Assembly (NCBI GenBank): GCA_963806225.1
Contig: CAWDXG010000004.1
Span: 160,001-224,000, forward strand
DNA length: 64,000 nt
Origin: an uncultured delta proteobacterium
Lineage (GTDB): Bacteria; Myxococcota_A; Polyangia; Polyangiales; Polyangiaceae
Direction: 5' to 3'
Shown here: in pieces, positions 20,008-30,085 of the stretch
Numbering within the stretch: position 1 is the stretch's first letter
How the letters are laid out: every line of letters begins with the position of its first letter
The notes under the pieces: generated by a model
Seen by the model: the letters and a program-made list of their open reading frames with translations, nothing else
The model's database searches: none
What the model was told of the DNA's origin: nothing
Made by a program: the position numbers and the translations under genes

Positions 20008-20916
20008 TCAGCGACAGACGCGGTTCTTGCCGCCCTGCTTGGCGCGGTACATCGCCTCGTCGGCGCGCTGGAACAGCGTGGCCGCGTCGGTCGCGCTCTC
20101 CGGAAGCGAGGCTACTCCGATCGAGATCCCCGGCTTGAGCGGAATGCCGTCCTTCTCGAACTTGTGCTCGCCGACCGCCTGGCGGATCTCCTCGGCCACG
20201 GCGACGCCCGCTTCGGCGTCGATCCCGGGCAGCGCGGCCAGGTACTCGTCGCCGCCGAAGCGACAGCCGATGCCACGCGCACCGACCACGCTGCCGATCA
20301 GCTTGCCGGCCTCGCCGATGACGTATGCGCCGAACAGGTGCCCGTACGTGTCGTTGATGCGCTTCACGCCGTCCAGATCCATCACGAGCAACGTCAGCGG
20401 ACGCTCCTGCTGGTGCGCCGCCTCGATCAGCTGTGCGAGCTCCGCGTCGAATTTCCGCCGCACGAACAGGCCGGACAGGTCGTCGACGTTGAGCATCTTC
20501 TCGACCACGCTGTTGTAGGCCTGCTCGATCCCGTCCTGCAGCTCGAAGCGGACAATGGTGCCGCCGAACACGATCTTGTCGTGCGGTTTGAGCGCCACCT
20601 CGGTGCAGCGCTGGCCGTTGACGGCGGTGCCGTTCGTGCTGCCGAGATCGACCAGCGTCCAGGCGTCGCCGCGATCCTCGAGCCGGGCGTGATGCCACGA
20701 GACCAGACCGTCGGTGAGCGTGAGCTCGACATCCGGATCGCGTCCAACCATCAGGGTGCGATCGACCATGACGCGCTGGCCGACCTCGTTGCCGCTCATG
20801 ACGACCAGCACGGGACGGTAGGGCGCCTTGACGTGGCGCATGATCTCGCTCGAGACCTCTTCCCCCGCCTTCAGCGTCGCCATGCGAACCGGACGCTTGT
20901 CGCTCGGACCGGACAC
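20008..20916 (-). CDS. FHA-domain diguanylate cyclase (FHA-GGDEF)
   Basis: FHA motifs VGRD, VSWHHA, DLGSTNGT; GGDEF domain DLDGVKRINDTYGH, RFGGDEY, ADEAMYRAK. Start GTG 20916 or ATG 20883. Confidence 0.88.
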   Translation of the reverse strand: MSGPSDKRPVRMATLKAGEEVSSEIMRHVKAPYRPVLVVMSGNEVGQRVMVDRTLMVGRDPDVELTLTDGLVSWHHARLEDRGDAWTLVDLGSTNGTAVNGQRCTEVALKPHDKIVFGGTIVRFELQDGIEQAYNSVVEKMLNVDDLSGLFVRRKFDAELAQLIEAAHQQERPLTLLVMDLDGVKRINDTYGHLFGAYVIGEAGKLIGSVVGARGIGCRFGGDEYLAALPGIDAEAGVAVAEEIRQAVGEHKFEKDGIPLKPGISIGVASLPESATDAATLFQRADEAMYRAKQGGKNRVCR

Positions 20917-20963
20917 GCCAGCGATACTAGCATGGGGTCCGTCCGGCCTCATGACCGGGGATC

Positions 20964-21344
20964 TCAGCACTCTATCAGCTCGATCCGGTAGCCGTCGGGG
21001 TCCTCGACGAAGGCGATCACCGTCGTACCATGCTTCATCGGGCCGGCTTCGCGCACCACCTTGCCGCCGCGGCGCTTGATCTCCTCGCACGCCGCGGCCG
21101 CATCGGGCACCTGGAGCGCGACGTGGCCAAAGCCGTCACCGAGCTCGTAGCTATTCGTGTCCCAGTTGTGCGTGAGTTCGATGACGGCCTGCTCGCTCTC
21201 CGGACCATAGCCGACGAACGCGAGCGTGAAGCGCCCGCCGGGGTAGTCCTTCTTCCGGAGCAGCCTCATGCCGAGCACCTCGGTGTAGAAAGCGAGCGAG
21301 CGTTCCAGATCGCCGACGCGCAGCATGGTGTGCAGGAGTCGCAT
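20964..21344 (-). CDS. gloA: Lactoylglutathione lyase (glyoxalase I)
   Basis: [39 protein letters not shown]. Confidence 0.95.
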   Translation of the reverse strand: MRLLHTMLRVGDLERSLAFYTEVLGMRLLRKKDYPGGRFTLAFVGYGPESEQAVIELTHNWDTNSYELGDGFGHVALQVPDAAAACEEIKRRGGKVVREAGPMKHGTTVIAFVEDPDGYRIELIEC

Positions 21345-21417
21345 GGCCGGAGCTTGCGCACGCAGCGCCGGGCGATCAAGTGGGGACCCTCGACGCCGAC
21401 GCGAAGCGCGCCGTGGC

Positions 21418-22755
21418 TCACCGGTTCATGCCGCCCGGTTCGAGCAACGCGTCGACCCGATCGGTCAAGAGCGGTCCCGACAGCTGGTGGAAGCGGTAGC
21501 TCACCCGCACCAGCGGCATTTCGAGCTTCAGCACGCGGTCGAGTCGCGCGGGGCTGGCGTCCACGACCAGATCGGCGCCGGAGCGGCGGATGGTCTCGGC
21601 GAGATCGGCGAGCTGCGCTTCCGAATACCCCATCGCGGGCAGCACGCCCTCGAGGTGCGGATAGCGGCGGAACGTGTCGGCGAGGGTGCCGACCGCGCCG
21701 GGGCGCGGGTCGACGAGCTCGGCCGCGCCGGCGCGCCGCGCCGCGATCGTCCCCGCACCGTAGCCCATGCCGCCGTGCGTGACCGTCGGCCCGTCCTCGA
21801 CGACCAGCACGCGCCGGCCGCGCACCGCTGCTGCGTCGGCGAGCTCGATGTCCAGATCGGCCTCCACGATCTCCGCGCTCGGGTTCGCGCCCTGGATGTT
21901 CGCGCGGATCGTCGCCACATCGTCCGACCTGGCGCCAGACACCTTGTCGATCACGACGATGTCGGCGCGGCGCAGATTCGTCTCGCCCGGGTAGAAGCGG
22001 AGCTCGTGCCCCGGACGCAGCGCATCGGCGACCACCAGCGACAGATCCGGGTGGATGAACGGCATGTCGTTGTTGCCGCCGTCCCACAGCACCAGGTCCG
22101 ACTCCTCTTCAGCGGCGGCGAGCACGCGCGCGTAGTCGACGCCGGCGAACACCACCAGGCCCTGTTCCACGTAGGGTTCGTATTCCTCGCGCTCCTCGAT
22201 GGTGCAGTCTGCGCGGGACAGGTCCTCCGCCGAAGCGAAGCGCTGCACGGCCTGCTTTTGCAGATCGCCGTAGGGCATCGGATGGCGGATCACGCCGGCG
22301 CGCACGCCCCGGCGCCGCAGGTGGCGCGCCAGGTACTGGCTGAGCGGGCTCTTGCCGGCCCCGGTGCGCACCGCCGTCACCGCTACGACCGGACGCCGCG
22401 AGCGGAGCTCGGTCTGCCGCGGGCCGAGCAGTGCGAATGCCGCCCCCGCGGCCTGCACGCGGCTGGCCTTGTGCATCACCTCCTCGTGCGGCAGATCGCT
22501 GTACGAGAGGAACACGAAGTCGATCTCGAAGCGCTCGATCAGCTCCTCGAGGCGTTCCTCGGAGAAGATCGGAATGTCCTCGGTGTACTCTGGCCCGGCC
22601 AGCTCGCGGGGAAAGCTGCGCTGCTCGATGAACGGGATCTGCGTCGCCGTGAACGCCTGGACCCTGAACCCGGGCTGTGCGCGGAAGAACGTCTGGAAGT
22701 CGTGGAAGTCGCGACCGGCAGCTCCCATGATCAGGCAGCGGAACCTCGTGGCCAT
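21418..22755 (-). CDS. COG2403 P-loop protein (CpgS-related; probable arginine synthetase ArcE-like)
   Basis: [27 protein letters not shown]-loop, [43 protein letters not shown]. Confidence 0.8.
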   Translation of the reverse strand: MATRFRCLIMGAAGRDFHDFQTFFRAQPGFRVQAFTATQIPFIEQRSFPRELAGPEYTEDIPIFSEERLEELIERFEIDFVFLSYSDLPHEEVMHKASRVQAAGAAFALLGPRQTELRSRRPVVAVTAVRTGAGKSPLSQYLARHLRRRGVRAGVIRHPMPYGDLQKQAVQRFASAEDLSRADCTIEEREEYEPYVEQGLVVFAGVDYARVLAAAEEESDLVLWDGGNNDMPFIHPDLSLVVADALRPGHELRFYPGETNLRRADIVVIDKVSGARSDDVATIRANIQGANPSAEIVEADLDIELADAAAVRGRRVLVVEDGPTVTHGGMGYGAGTIAARRAGAAELVDPRPGAVGTLADTFRRYPHLEGVLPAMGYSEAQLADLAETIRRSGADLVVDASPARLDRVLKLEMPLVRVSYRFHQLSGPLLTDRVDALLEPGGMNR

Positions 22756-22866
22756 CGCCGACAGCGTGTGGCTTTGCGACGCGCTGCGCCACGCCGGCCC
22801 GCCGCGGCGGCTGATCGTTGCGTCATGCCCGCGGGGCCGGACGCCACACCTGTGGCAAGAGCCACG

Positions 22867-23049
22867 CTACGGCAGGCCGCGCTGCACGCCCCGGGGGCGC
22901 GCCGCCAGTCTGAGCACGTCGTCGACGAGAGGCTTGTCGCTATGTCCGCGCTGGCGGCGCCGGGACAAGAGCAGGAACACGAACACGACCTCGAAGATCA
23001 CCAGAACCAGAACCGGCCAAGTGGCGTCTCCCAGGAGCTCGGTGTTCAT
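22867..23049 (-). CDS. Small single-pass membrane protein (60 aa)
   Basis: Strong RBS (GAGGAGG) before ATG 23049; hydrophobic WPVLVLVIFEVVFVFLLL followed by RRRQR. Confidence 0.55.
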   Translation of the reverse strand: MNTELLGDATWPVLVLVIFEVVFVFLLLSRRRQRGHSDKPLVDDVLRLAARPRGVQRGLP

Positions 23050-23138
23050 GTCGACCCTCCTCTCCGGCGTAGACGAGGAGCAGGAAACGGGCCAACAAAG
23101 CCGCAACGATCATGCCGCGGCGCGGCGACGCGCCGCGG

Positions 23139-25046
23139 CTACGAGCGCGGCCGGCGGGCGCTCTTGCGACGGCGACGCGCGGCGCCCGGCGCGGGCGGCA
23201 CCAGGCACTCTGGAGCGCGGCCGATCAGATCGCGCCGCCCGGCCTTCGCCAGCGCTTCGCGCGCGAGCGCGTGGTGCTGCTCGTCCCACCAGAACAGCAG
23301 CGCCTTCATCATGCGCTTTTCCCTGAGTTCGCGCGCCGTGTAGACGGCTTCACCCGAGAGCGGGTCGAGGCCGGTGTAGTACATGCTGGTCGCGATGGAC
23401 ATCGGCGTCGGGATGAAGTCCTGGATCTGCCGCGGCCGCAGATTCTGCCGCTTCAGATAGAGCGCGAGATCGACCGTGTCGGCGAGTGTCGAGCCCGGAT
23501 GCCCGGTGATGAAATACGGCACCAGGTACTGCTCCTTGCCGGCTTTGGCGCTGGCCTGGCAGAACGACTGCGTGAAGCGCTCGTAGTGCTCGATGCCGGG
23601 CTTCTTCATCTTGTCGAGCACGCGGGGGTTGTTGTGCTCGGGCGCGACCGAGAGCTGTCCGCCGGTGTGGCGCTCGGCCAACTCGCGGATGAACGCGGGG
23701 CTCCGCTCGGCCAGGTCGTAGCGGACTCCCGATGCCACGAAGACACGCTTGATGCCCTTTTCGGCGCGGACCCTTCTCAGGAGATCGATCAGTGGATCAT
23801 GATCGGTACGCAGGTTGTCGCACACGCCGGGGTGCACGCAGGACAGCCGCCGGCACGCGCTTTCCGTGCGCTCGTCCCCGCAGCTCATGCGGTACATGTT
23901 CGCGGTGGGGCCGCCCACGTCGCTGATGACGCCGGAAAAGCCCTGCATGCGGGTCAGCGCCCTCACCTCGCGGATCACGCTGTCCGCCGAGCGGCTCTGG
24001 ATGATGCGGCCCTCGTGCTCGGTGATGCTGCAGAAGGTGCAGCCTCCGAAGCAGCCGCGCATCGTCACGATCGATTCCTTGACCGTATCGAACGCCGGAA
24101 TGCGCTTGCCGCCATAGGCCGGATGCGGCGCGCGCTGGAACGGAAGGTCGTACAGCTCGTCCATCTCCGCTTCTTCCAGCGGCAGCGCGGGCGGGTTGAA
24201 GTACACGGCTTGATCGCCGTGCGGCTGCAGCAGCGGACGCGCGTTGTGGGCGTTGGTCTCGTACTGCAGCAGCCGCGACGCCGCCGCGAAGGCGCGCTTG
24301 TCGCTCGATACCACTTCGTACGACGGCAACACGACGACCCGGCCGTCGCGCACGTAGCGGCTGGCCTCGGCGGCGAGCGGCTCCCAGTCCGCACGGCGAT
24401 TGAGGACGCGCGCGGTGCCGCGGATGTCCACCAGCTCGCCGACCTGCTGTCCCGCATCGAGCCGGCGTGCGATCTCCCACGCGGCGCGCTCGCCCATACC
24501 GAACACGAGCAGGTCGGCCTTGGCGTCGAGCAGGATGCTGCGGCGCACCGAGTCGGACCAGTAGTCGTAGTGCGCGATGCGGCGCAGCGATGCCTCGATC
24601 CCACCGATGACCACAGGCACCCCGGGAAACGCCTGGCGGCACAGGTTGGAGTAGACGAGCGTGGCGCGATTGGGACGGCAGCCGGTGCGTCCGCCCGGCG
24701 AGTACTGATCCTCCGACCGCACCTTCTTCTGGGCGGTCAGCTTGTTCAGCATCGAGTCCAGGTTGCCGGCGCTGACCCCGACGAACAAGCGCGGCCGGCC
24801 CATGCGCGCGATGTCCTCCGGGCAGTCCCAGCGCGGCTGCGCCACGACGCCCACGCGGTAGCCGCGGCCCTCGAGGAAGCGCGCGATCAGCACCGGGCCG
24901 AACGCCGGGTGATCGACGTAGGCGTCGCCGGTGACGACCAGGATGTCGAGCTCGTCCCAGCCGCGCGCACGCATTTCCTCGGGCGTCGTAGGCAGAAACG
25001 CGCGCGCGTCGGGCAGGCGCGGCGTGCGCAGCTTCACAAGCGACAT
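23139..25046 (-). CDS. ygiQ: YgiQ-family radical SAM protein
   Basis: [34 protein letters not shown] (CxxxCxxC), [19 protein letters not shown]. Confidence 0.92.
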   Translation of the reverse strand: MSLVKLRTPRLPDARAFLPTTPEEMRARGWDELDILVVTGDAYVDHPAFGPVLIARFLEGRGYRVGVVAQPRWDCPEDIARMGRPRLFVGVSAGNLDSMLNKLTAQKKVRSEDQYSPGGRTGCRPNRATLVYSNLCRQAFPGVPVVIGGIEASLRRIAHYDYWSDSVRRSILLDAKADLLVFGMGERAAWEIARRLDAGQQVGELVDIRGTARVLNRRADWEPLAAEASRYVRDGRVVVLPSYEVVSSDKRAFAAASRLLQYETNAHNARPLLQPHGDQAVYFNPPALPLEEAEMDELYDLPFQRAPHPAYGGKRIPAFDTVKESIVTMRGCFGGCTFCSITEHEGRIIQSRSADSVIREVRALTRMQGFSGVISDVGGPTANMYRMSCGDERTESACRRLSCVHPGVCDNLRTDHDPLIDLLRRVRAEKGIKRVFVASGVRYDLAERSPAFIRELAERHTGGQLSVAPEHNNPRVLDKMKKPGIEHYERFTQSFCQASAKAGKEQYLVPYFITGHPGSTLADTVDLALYLKRQNLRPRQIQDFIPTPMSIATSMYYTGLDPLSGEAVYTARELREKRMMKALLFWWDEQHHALAREALAKAGRRDLIGRAPECLVPPAPGAARRRRKSARRPRS

Positions 25047-25113
25047 CGCGGGCGAGTCTGACACAGCCTCACCTCGCGCACACCCTGGCCGTGGATCGAC
25101 TACGCTCGGCCAC

Positions 25114-25641
25114 ATGCGGAAACGGCAGGTCACCGTCGCGCTCGTGTTGGCCGCGCTCGCGAGCTGCGAGCGGCACAGCGAGCAGCCGGCGGCGGAACCG
25201 TTTGCCGGGACCACGGCCAGTGTCGACAAACCACGCCAGGGTCCGGTGCCTGGACCGGAGCTGACCGCAGTGCGCGCCGAGCGCCATCCGGGGTTCGTGC
25301 GGGCGGTATTCCAGTTCGACCGGGGTCCGCTTCCGGGCTACCGCGCGGGCTTTCTGCCGCGGGCCGCGCGCGAGTGCGGCTCGGGGCGTCCTACTTCGGT
25401 CAGCGGCCAGGCCTGGCTCGAGCTCCGCATGTCCCCCGCCCGGGCGCACGGCGAGCACGGCCGGAGCCCATCCTTTCCGACCGAGCTCCGGCCGCGGCTC
25501 GAACCGCTGCTCGAGCTCCGGCAGACGTGCGACTTCGAAGGCGTGGTGAGCTGGGTGCTCGGCCTCCGGCAGCGCGTGCCATACCGCGTGCGCGAGCTCG
25601 ATCATCCAGCCCGGCTGGTGCTCGACGTCGCGTCCCGATAG
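25114..25641 (+). CDS. AMIN-like domain lipoprotein
   Basis: Lipobox [36 protein letters not shown]. Confidence 0.7.
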   Translation: MRKRQVTVALVLAALASCERHSEQPAAEPFAGTTASVDKPRQGPVPGPELTAVRAERHPGFVRAVFQFDRGPLPGYRAGFLPRAARECGSGRPTSVSGQAWLELRMSPARAHGEHGRSPSFPTELRPRLEPLLELRQTCDFEGVVSWVLGLRQRVPYRVRELDHPARLVLDVASR

Positions 25642-25695
25642 ACCCACTGCTTGACGTGGCCTCGAGCGTCGGCGAGCTTCGCGCCGGTGCTGGCG

Positions 25696-27690
25696 ATGAC
25701 CGGGCCCTGTTCCAAGCTGCGATTGTCGCTTGCCTGGTGCATCGTGGTCGTCGGCACGCTCGTGGGCCGCACTGCGCGCGCGCAGGAAGGCAGCTGCGGT
25801 CCCGCTGCGCGCGCCTGGGCCAGGCACTGCGCGGCGGCCCAGCAGATGACGGTGACGCCGGTGTATTGCGTCGGCGAGCGCGCAACCTTCAGGCTCGAGA
25901 CGCCCGGCGCACAGGCCCTGCGGGTCGAGCTCTCGCGCCGCAAAACCGGTCCCGCCCGGGCCGTTCCGGTCGGCGATTTTCCGGACTGGGAGCGGGTGCC
26001 CCGCGCGCGCCGCGCGCTGCTGGACAAGGTCCGCGCCTGCGTTGCGGCGGGCATCGACGCGGCCGTGTTCAAGCCCGGAAAACGCACAGCCGGTGGCGGA
26101 GCCAATCTCCACCGGCGCGGGCCGCTGCCTCCGCCCGGCCTGCCGTGGCGCGCGCTTGCCGCGGCGCTCCTGGCTGCTGGCGCGCTGCTGCTCTCCGGAC
26201 ACCGAGTGCGCCGGCGTCGGTTCCTGGCGCTGACAGCGGCGGCCTGCGCGCTCGGCGCGGCCACGTTCTTCTTCCGGCGCGCGCTGTTTCCGCCGGCGTT
26301 CTTCCACCAGAACGGCCAGGGCCCGGACTGGATCAAATACGCCCTCGGCGTGCCTTCGATCTATGGACCGGGCTTCTTCCAGCTTTTCGGTCTGGCCGCC
26401 CACGTGCACCCGGGCCGTGCCGAGCGCGCGGTCTTCCTGGAAGCCGGCCTGCTCGCCGCGGCCGAGCCGGTGTGCGTTCTGTTGATCGCGCGCGCCAGCC
26501 GCGCCCGGCCGCTGCTCGCGTGGACGCTGGCCTTCGCCGCGCTGGCCGCGCCGGACCTCGCGCGTCTTGCCGACAGCGAATCGTACTTCGGCGTGTGCAC
26601 GGCACTGCTGCTGTTGGCCGGAGCCGTCCTCGCCAGCGGCGCCCGGGCCGGGCGGGTGCGCTCGTGGTCCTTTACGCTGGCGGTCGCCTCGGCGGGTCTC
26701 TTCATCGCGCAGGCCGCGCTGGTGCACGCCGTGTGCTGGATTCCGGCTCTGTTGGTACCGCTGGTCGTGCTCACCGGCCGGGGCTCGCTCCGGCGCCGCG
26801 GGCGGTTGCTGGTCGCCGCTGCTTCCGGCATTGCGCTCGTGGTCGCGAGCACTACAGGCGCGACCCTCTACCGCCAGGCGCGCATCCAGGCGCGCTGGGG
26901 CGGCGGCGCGGAACGCGCCGTCCTCGAGGTGTTGTCGGACCACGGAATGGTGCTGGGCTTGGCGTTGGTGATCGCCATCTTGATCTGGAGGCGCGGTCGC
27001 CCGCGTCGAGCCGCGATCTGGGTGGTCCTGCTTCCACTCGTCGCAGCTGCCGGGCTGATCGTCGGGCTGACCCTGGGTTCGGGGCTGCCCATCTGGATCC
27101 GCCACGGCTGGTGGGCACTGGAGCTCCCCGCGGGCGTGGCGCTGGTTTCCGCTCTGCTCGGCAGCCTGGGCGGCATCGTGCGCCGGAGGCACGTCCACCA
27201 GCTGGTCGCCGCCGCGACGGCGTTGACCTCGACCGCGTGGTTCGCGTCGAGCTGGCGCGCGCTCCACGAGCTCCCGACCGACGCGCTGGAGGCGCGCTTC
27301 GTCACGAGCTGGCGCGGCACGATGCCGCAGGGGTCGAGCGTCGCCTACCTCCAGCGCGCGGACAAGAGCATCGCCACGATGCCGGTCTATGGCTGCTGTG
27401 ACCGGCGGGACATCGTCGTCCACGAGCTGTCGAGCCGCAGCGACGAGACCCCGCTGGTTCTCCGGCGCTACGCCGCTCTCGTGCGCGGGGATCGCCCCGT
27501 GTACTACTTCCGCTCGTCGCTCTGCAGCACGCCAGCCGGCTCGAGCGCCTGTGCCGCCATCGAGCGGCGCCTCCAGCTCGAGCCTGTCGCGCACACCTGG
27601 CTCCCGGCCCGGCCGAGCGTCCCGTGGACCCACTACGACGGTCCCCGCGTGGAAGTCGGCCTGTTCCGGGTCCGCGATGTCCACCTCTAG
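25696..27690 (+). CDS. Polytopic membrane protein with soluble Cys-containing N- and C-terminal domains
   Basis: Signal-like N-terminus, roughly 11-13 hydrophobic segments, then a soluble C-terminal domain. Start uncertain (25651 or 25696). Confidence 0.6.
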   Translation: MTGPCSKLRLSLAWCIVVVGTLVGRTARAQEGSCGPAARAWARHCAAAQQMTVTPVYCVGERATFRLETPGAQALRVELSRRKTGPARAVPVGDFPDWERVPRARRALLDKVRACVAAGIDAAVFKPGKRTAGGGANLHRRGPLPPPGLPWRALAAALLAAGALLLSGHRVRRRRFLALTAAACALGAATFFFRRALFPPAFFHQNGQGPDWIKYALGVPSIYGPGFFQLFGLAAHVHPGRAERAVFLEAGLLAAAEPVCVLLIARASRARPLLAWTLAFAALAAPDLARLADSESYFGVCTALLLLAGAVLASGARAGRVRSWSFTLAVASAGLFIAQAALVHAVCWIPALLVPLVVLTGRGSLRRRGRLLVAAASGIALVVASTTGATLYRQARIQARWGGGAERAVLEVLSDHGMVLGLALVIAILIWRRGRPRRAAIWVVLLPLVAAAGLIVGLTLGSGLPIWIRHGWWALELPAGVALVSALLGSLGGIVRRRHVHQLVAAATALTSTAWFASSWRALHELPTDALEARFVTSWRGTMPQGSSVAYLQRADKSIATMPVYGCCDRRDIVVHELSSRSDETPLVLRRYAALVRGDRPVYYFRSSLCSTPAGSSACAAIERRLQLEPVAHTWLPARPSVPWTHYDGPRVEVGLFRVRDVHL

Positions 27691-27786
27691 CCCCGGGTTG
27701 TCGAAAGTAGCTGGTGCAACAGCCGGCGCCGGGCCATGTTCCCGGTGGGTGCGGCGGGGGGCCGTACCGAGTGTGAGGGCATCACC

Positions 27787-29961
27787 ATGAAGCGACGCAC
27801 ATTCCTCGAGGTCACGGTGGCCGTGGCCGGCACGCTGGTTTTCACACCGGCTTGCGGCAGCAGCAACGAACCGGGCGGAAAGACCCCGGACCAGGGCGAC
27901 CCGCTCTTCCCGCAATCACTCGCCTCGGGCGATCCGCGACAGACCAGCGTTGTCCTGTGGACGCGCGTGGAGGATCCGGATCACCTGAAGGACGATCTGA
28001 CGCTGACGCTCGAGGTTGCCACGGATAGCGGCTTCAAGAGCCGCGTCCAGCTCGACGGTAAAGCCGACAAGCAGGTCACTGCCGTCGCCGCATCCGACCA
28101 CTGCGTCAAGGTGCGGGTGACCCAGCTCGAGCCCGGCAAGCAGTACTACTACCGCTTCAGCTACGACAAGGACGGCAAGACGCACACCACGCGTGTCGGA
28201 CGAACGCGTACCGCACCGGCACCCGACGCCAACGTCCCCGTGAAGTTCGCGGTCGTCTCGTGCCAGGACTACGTCGGCAAGTACTACCACGTGTACCGGC
28301 GCATCGCGGAGGAGGACCTCGACTTCATCGTGCACCTCGGCGACTACATCTACGAAACCACGGGCGATCCGAGCTTCCAGAACGTCGGCAGCGATCGCAA
28401 GGTCACGTTTTCGGATACCGCTGGCGCGATCCAGCTCGGCGATCCCCCCAACACGTACCTGGCCGCGCAATCGCTCTCGAACTACCGCGAGCTCTACCGC
28501 ACGTACCGGAGCGATCCCGATCAGCAGCTGGTGCACGAGCAGATGCCGATGATCGTGATGTGGGACGATCACGAGTTCTCGGACGACTGCCACGGCGACG
28601 TGGCGACCTATTTCGACGGGGAGAAGGACGAGACCGAGCCCAAGCGCCGCGCCAACGCCGACCAGGCGTGGTTCGAATACATGCCGGTCGACTACGACTA
28701 CCAGGGCCACCAGGACTACCCGTACGACCCGTCGAAGAGCTTTCCCGACAGCTTCCGCATCTACCGCGACTTCACCTTCGGCAAACACGTGCACCTGGTC
28801 ATGACGGACCTGAGGCGCTACCGCTCCGACCACCTGATCCCGGAGGACGCGTTCCCCGGCGCGGTGGCGATGGCGCAAGCGGACCTGCCCAGCCCCATGC
28901 CGTCGATCGCCGAGCCGTACGTGGACATCGACGCCCACGACGGCGGCAGCTACGCCACACTGCTCAAGCAGCACGCTACGGCACTCGGCATGCCCGCGTC
29001 GGGCTTTACCGGCAACATCTCGGTGCCCTGGATCAACGCGCTGGTCGACCAGATCAACAAGGCGAACGGTACGAGCACCGCGCCCATCGACGACACCGAT
29101 CCCACGCTGGAGAAGGGCATCGCCTTCTACCAGATGATGAAGGTGGCACCGTACTCGTCCATCGGCTCCCGCTACCTGGTGAAGAAGCCGGCGTTCGACC
29201 TCTATGCGGCCTTCCGCTTCAAGCAGTCGAGCGGCCAGAGCGAAGTCGGCATGGGCGACGAGCAGCGCCAGTGGTTCCTGTCCACCGTACAGGGCTCGCA
29301 GGCAACCTGGAAGGTGTGGGGCAACGAGTACACGTTCATGCCGCGCGTGATCGACCTGCGGACCGCCACGCAGCTGGGCGCATCGTTCCAGGCGCTGTTC
29401 AACCTCTCCGCCGAGGACTGGGACGGCATGCCGAACCGCCGCGAGCAGCTGCTGGAACAGCTCGCGCAGGTGCAGAATTTCGTCGCAGTCACGGGCGACA
29501 TCCACTCCTTCTTCGCCGGCAGCCCGTACGTGGCCGGCGACATGTCCAAGCGCATCGTCGAGTTCGTCGCCGGCAGCATCTCGTCCTCGACGTACAGGAC
29601 GCTATTGCAACGGCAGGCGGCCAGCACGCCCGCGCTGGTCGAAGCCGGCGCAGCCGACCTGGCGGCGGTCGTCGACAAGTTCCTGACGGATTCGACGGCG
29701 AAGCCGAACCCGCACCTGGCGTGGCTCGACCTCGCCGACAACGGCTATGCCAGCGTCGTGGCGGACGGCAAGACGTTCTCGGTCACCTTCCGCTCGATCC
29801 CCGAAGCGACCGTGGAGACCGCACCCGGCAAGCTCTCCGGAACGCTGGACTCCCAGTTCACCGACACGGAGTTCAAGGTCGATTCCGGCAACCCCACCGT
29901 CCAGCAGAAGCGCGACGGCAAGTGGCAGAGCTGGGACCCGGCGAAGTTCGCGTGGGTGTGA
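27787..29961 (+). CDS. phoD: Alkaline phosphatase D family, Tat-exported lipoprotein
   Basis: Twin-arginine KRRTFL plus lipobox [43 protein letters not shown]. Confidence 0.92.
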   Translation: MKRRTFLEVTVAVAGTLVFTPACGSSNEPGGKTPDQGDPLFPQSLASGDPRQTSVVLWTRVEDPDHLKDDLTLTLEVATDSGFKSRVQLDGKADKQVTAVAASDHCVKVRVTQLEPGKQYYYRFSYDKDGKTHTTRVGRTRTAPAPDANVPVKFAVVSCQDYVGKYYHVYRRIAEEDLDFIVHLGDYIYETTGDPSFQNVGSDRKVTFSDTAGAIQLGDPPNTYLAAQSLSNYRELYRTYRSDPDQQLVHEQMPMIVMWDDHEFSDDCHGDVATYFDGEKDETEPKRRANADQAWFEYMPVDYDYQGHQDYPYDPSKSFPDSFRIYRDFTFGKHVHLVMTDLRRYRSDHLIPEDAFPGAVAMAQADLPSPMPSIAEPYVDIDAHDGGSYATLLKQHATALGMPASGFTGNISVPWINALVDQINKANGTSTAPIDDTDPTLEKGIAFYQMMKVAPYSSIGSRYLVKKPAFDLYAAFRFKQSSGQSEVGMGDEQRQWFLSTVQGSQATWKVWGNEYTFMPRVIDLRTATQLGASFQALFNLSAEDWDGMPNRREQLLEQLAQVQNFVAVTGDIHSFFAGSPYVAGDMSKRIVEFVAGSISSSTYRTLLQRQAASTPALVEAGAADLAAVVDKFLTDSTAKPNPHLAWLDLADNGYASVVADGKTFSVTFRSIPEATVETAPGKLSGTLDSQFTDTEFKVDSGNPTVQQKRDGKWQSWDPAKFAWV

Positions 29962-30085
29962 CGCCGGGCGCCGGGCTCCAGGCTCCGGGGTCGAAGCTGC
30001 GGACTGCTGACAGCCTTGTGTCAGGAATCGCGGGGGGCGGGCGGTGGCCGATACGAGACTGCGGGCTATGCTCTGCCATCCTCCG

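Noticed and set aside
30007..30024. Palindrome CTGACA-N6-TGTCAG upstream of uvrA as a LexA box
   Set aside because: Length and right half do not fit the Myxococcus LexA consensus as I recall it. It may be a phoD 3' hairpin or chance.
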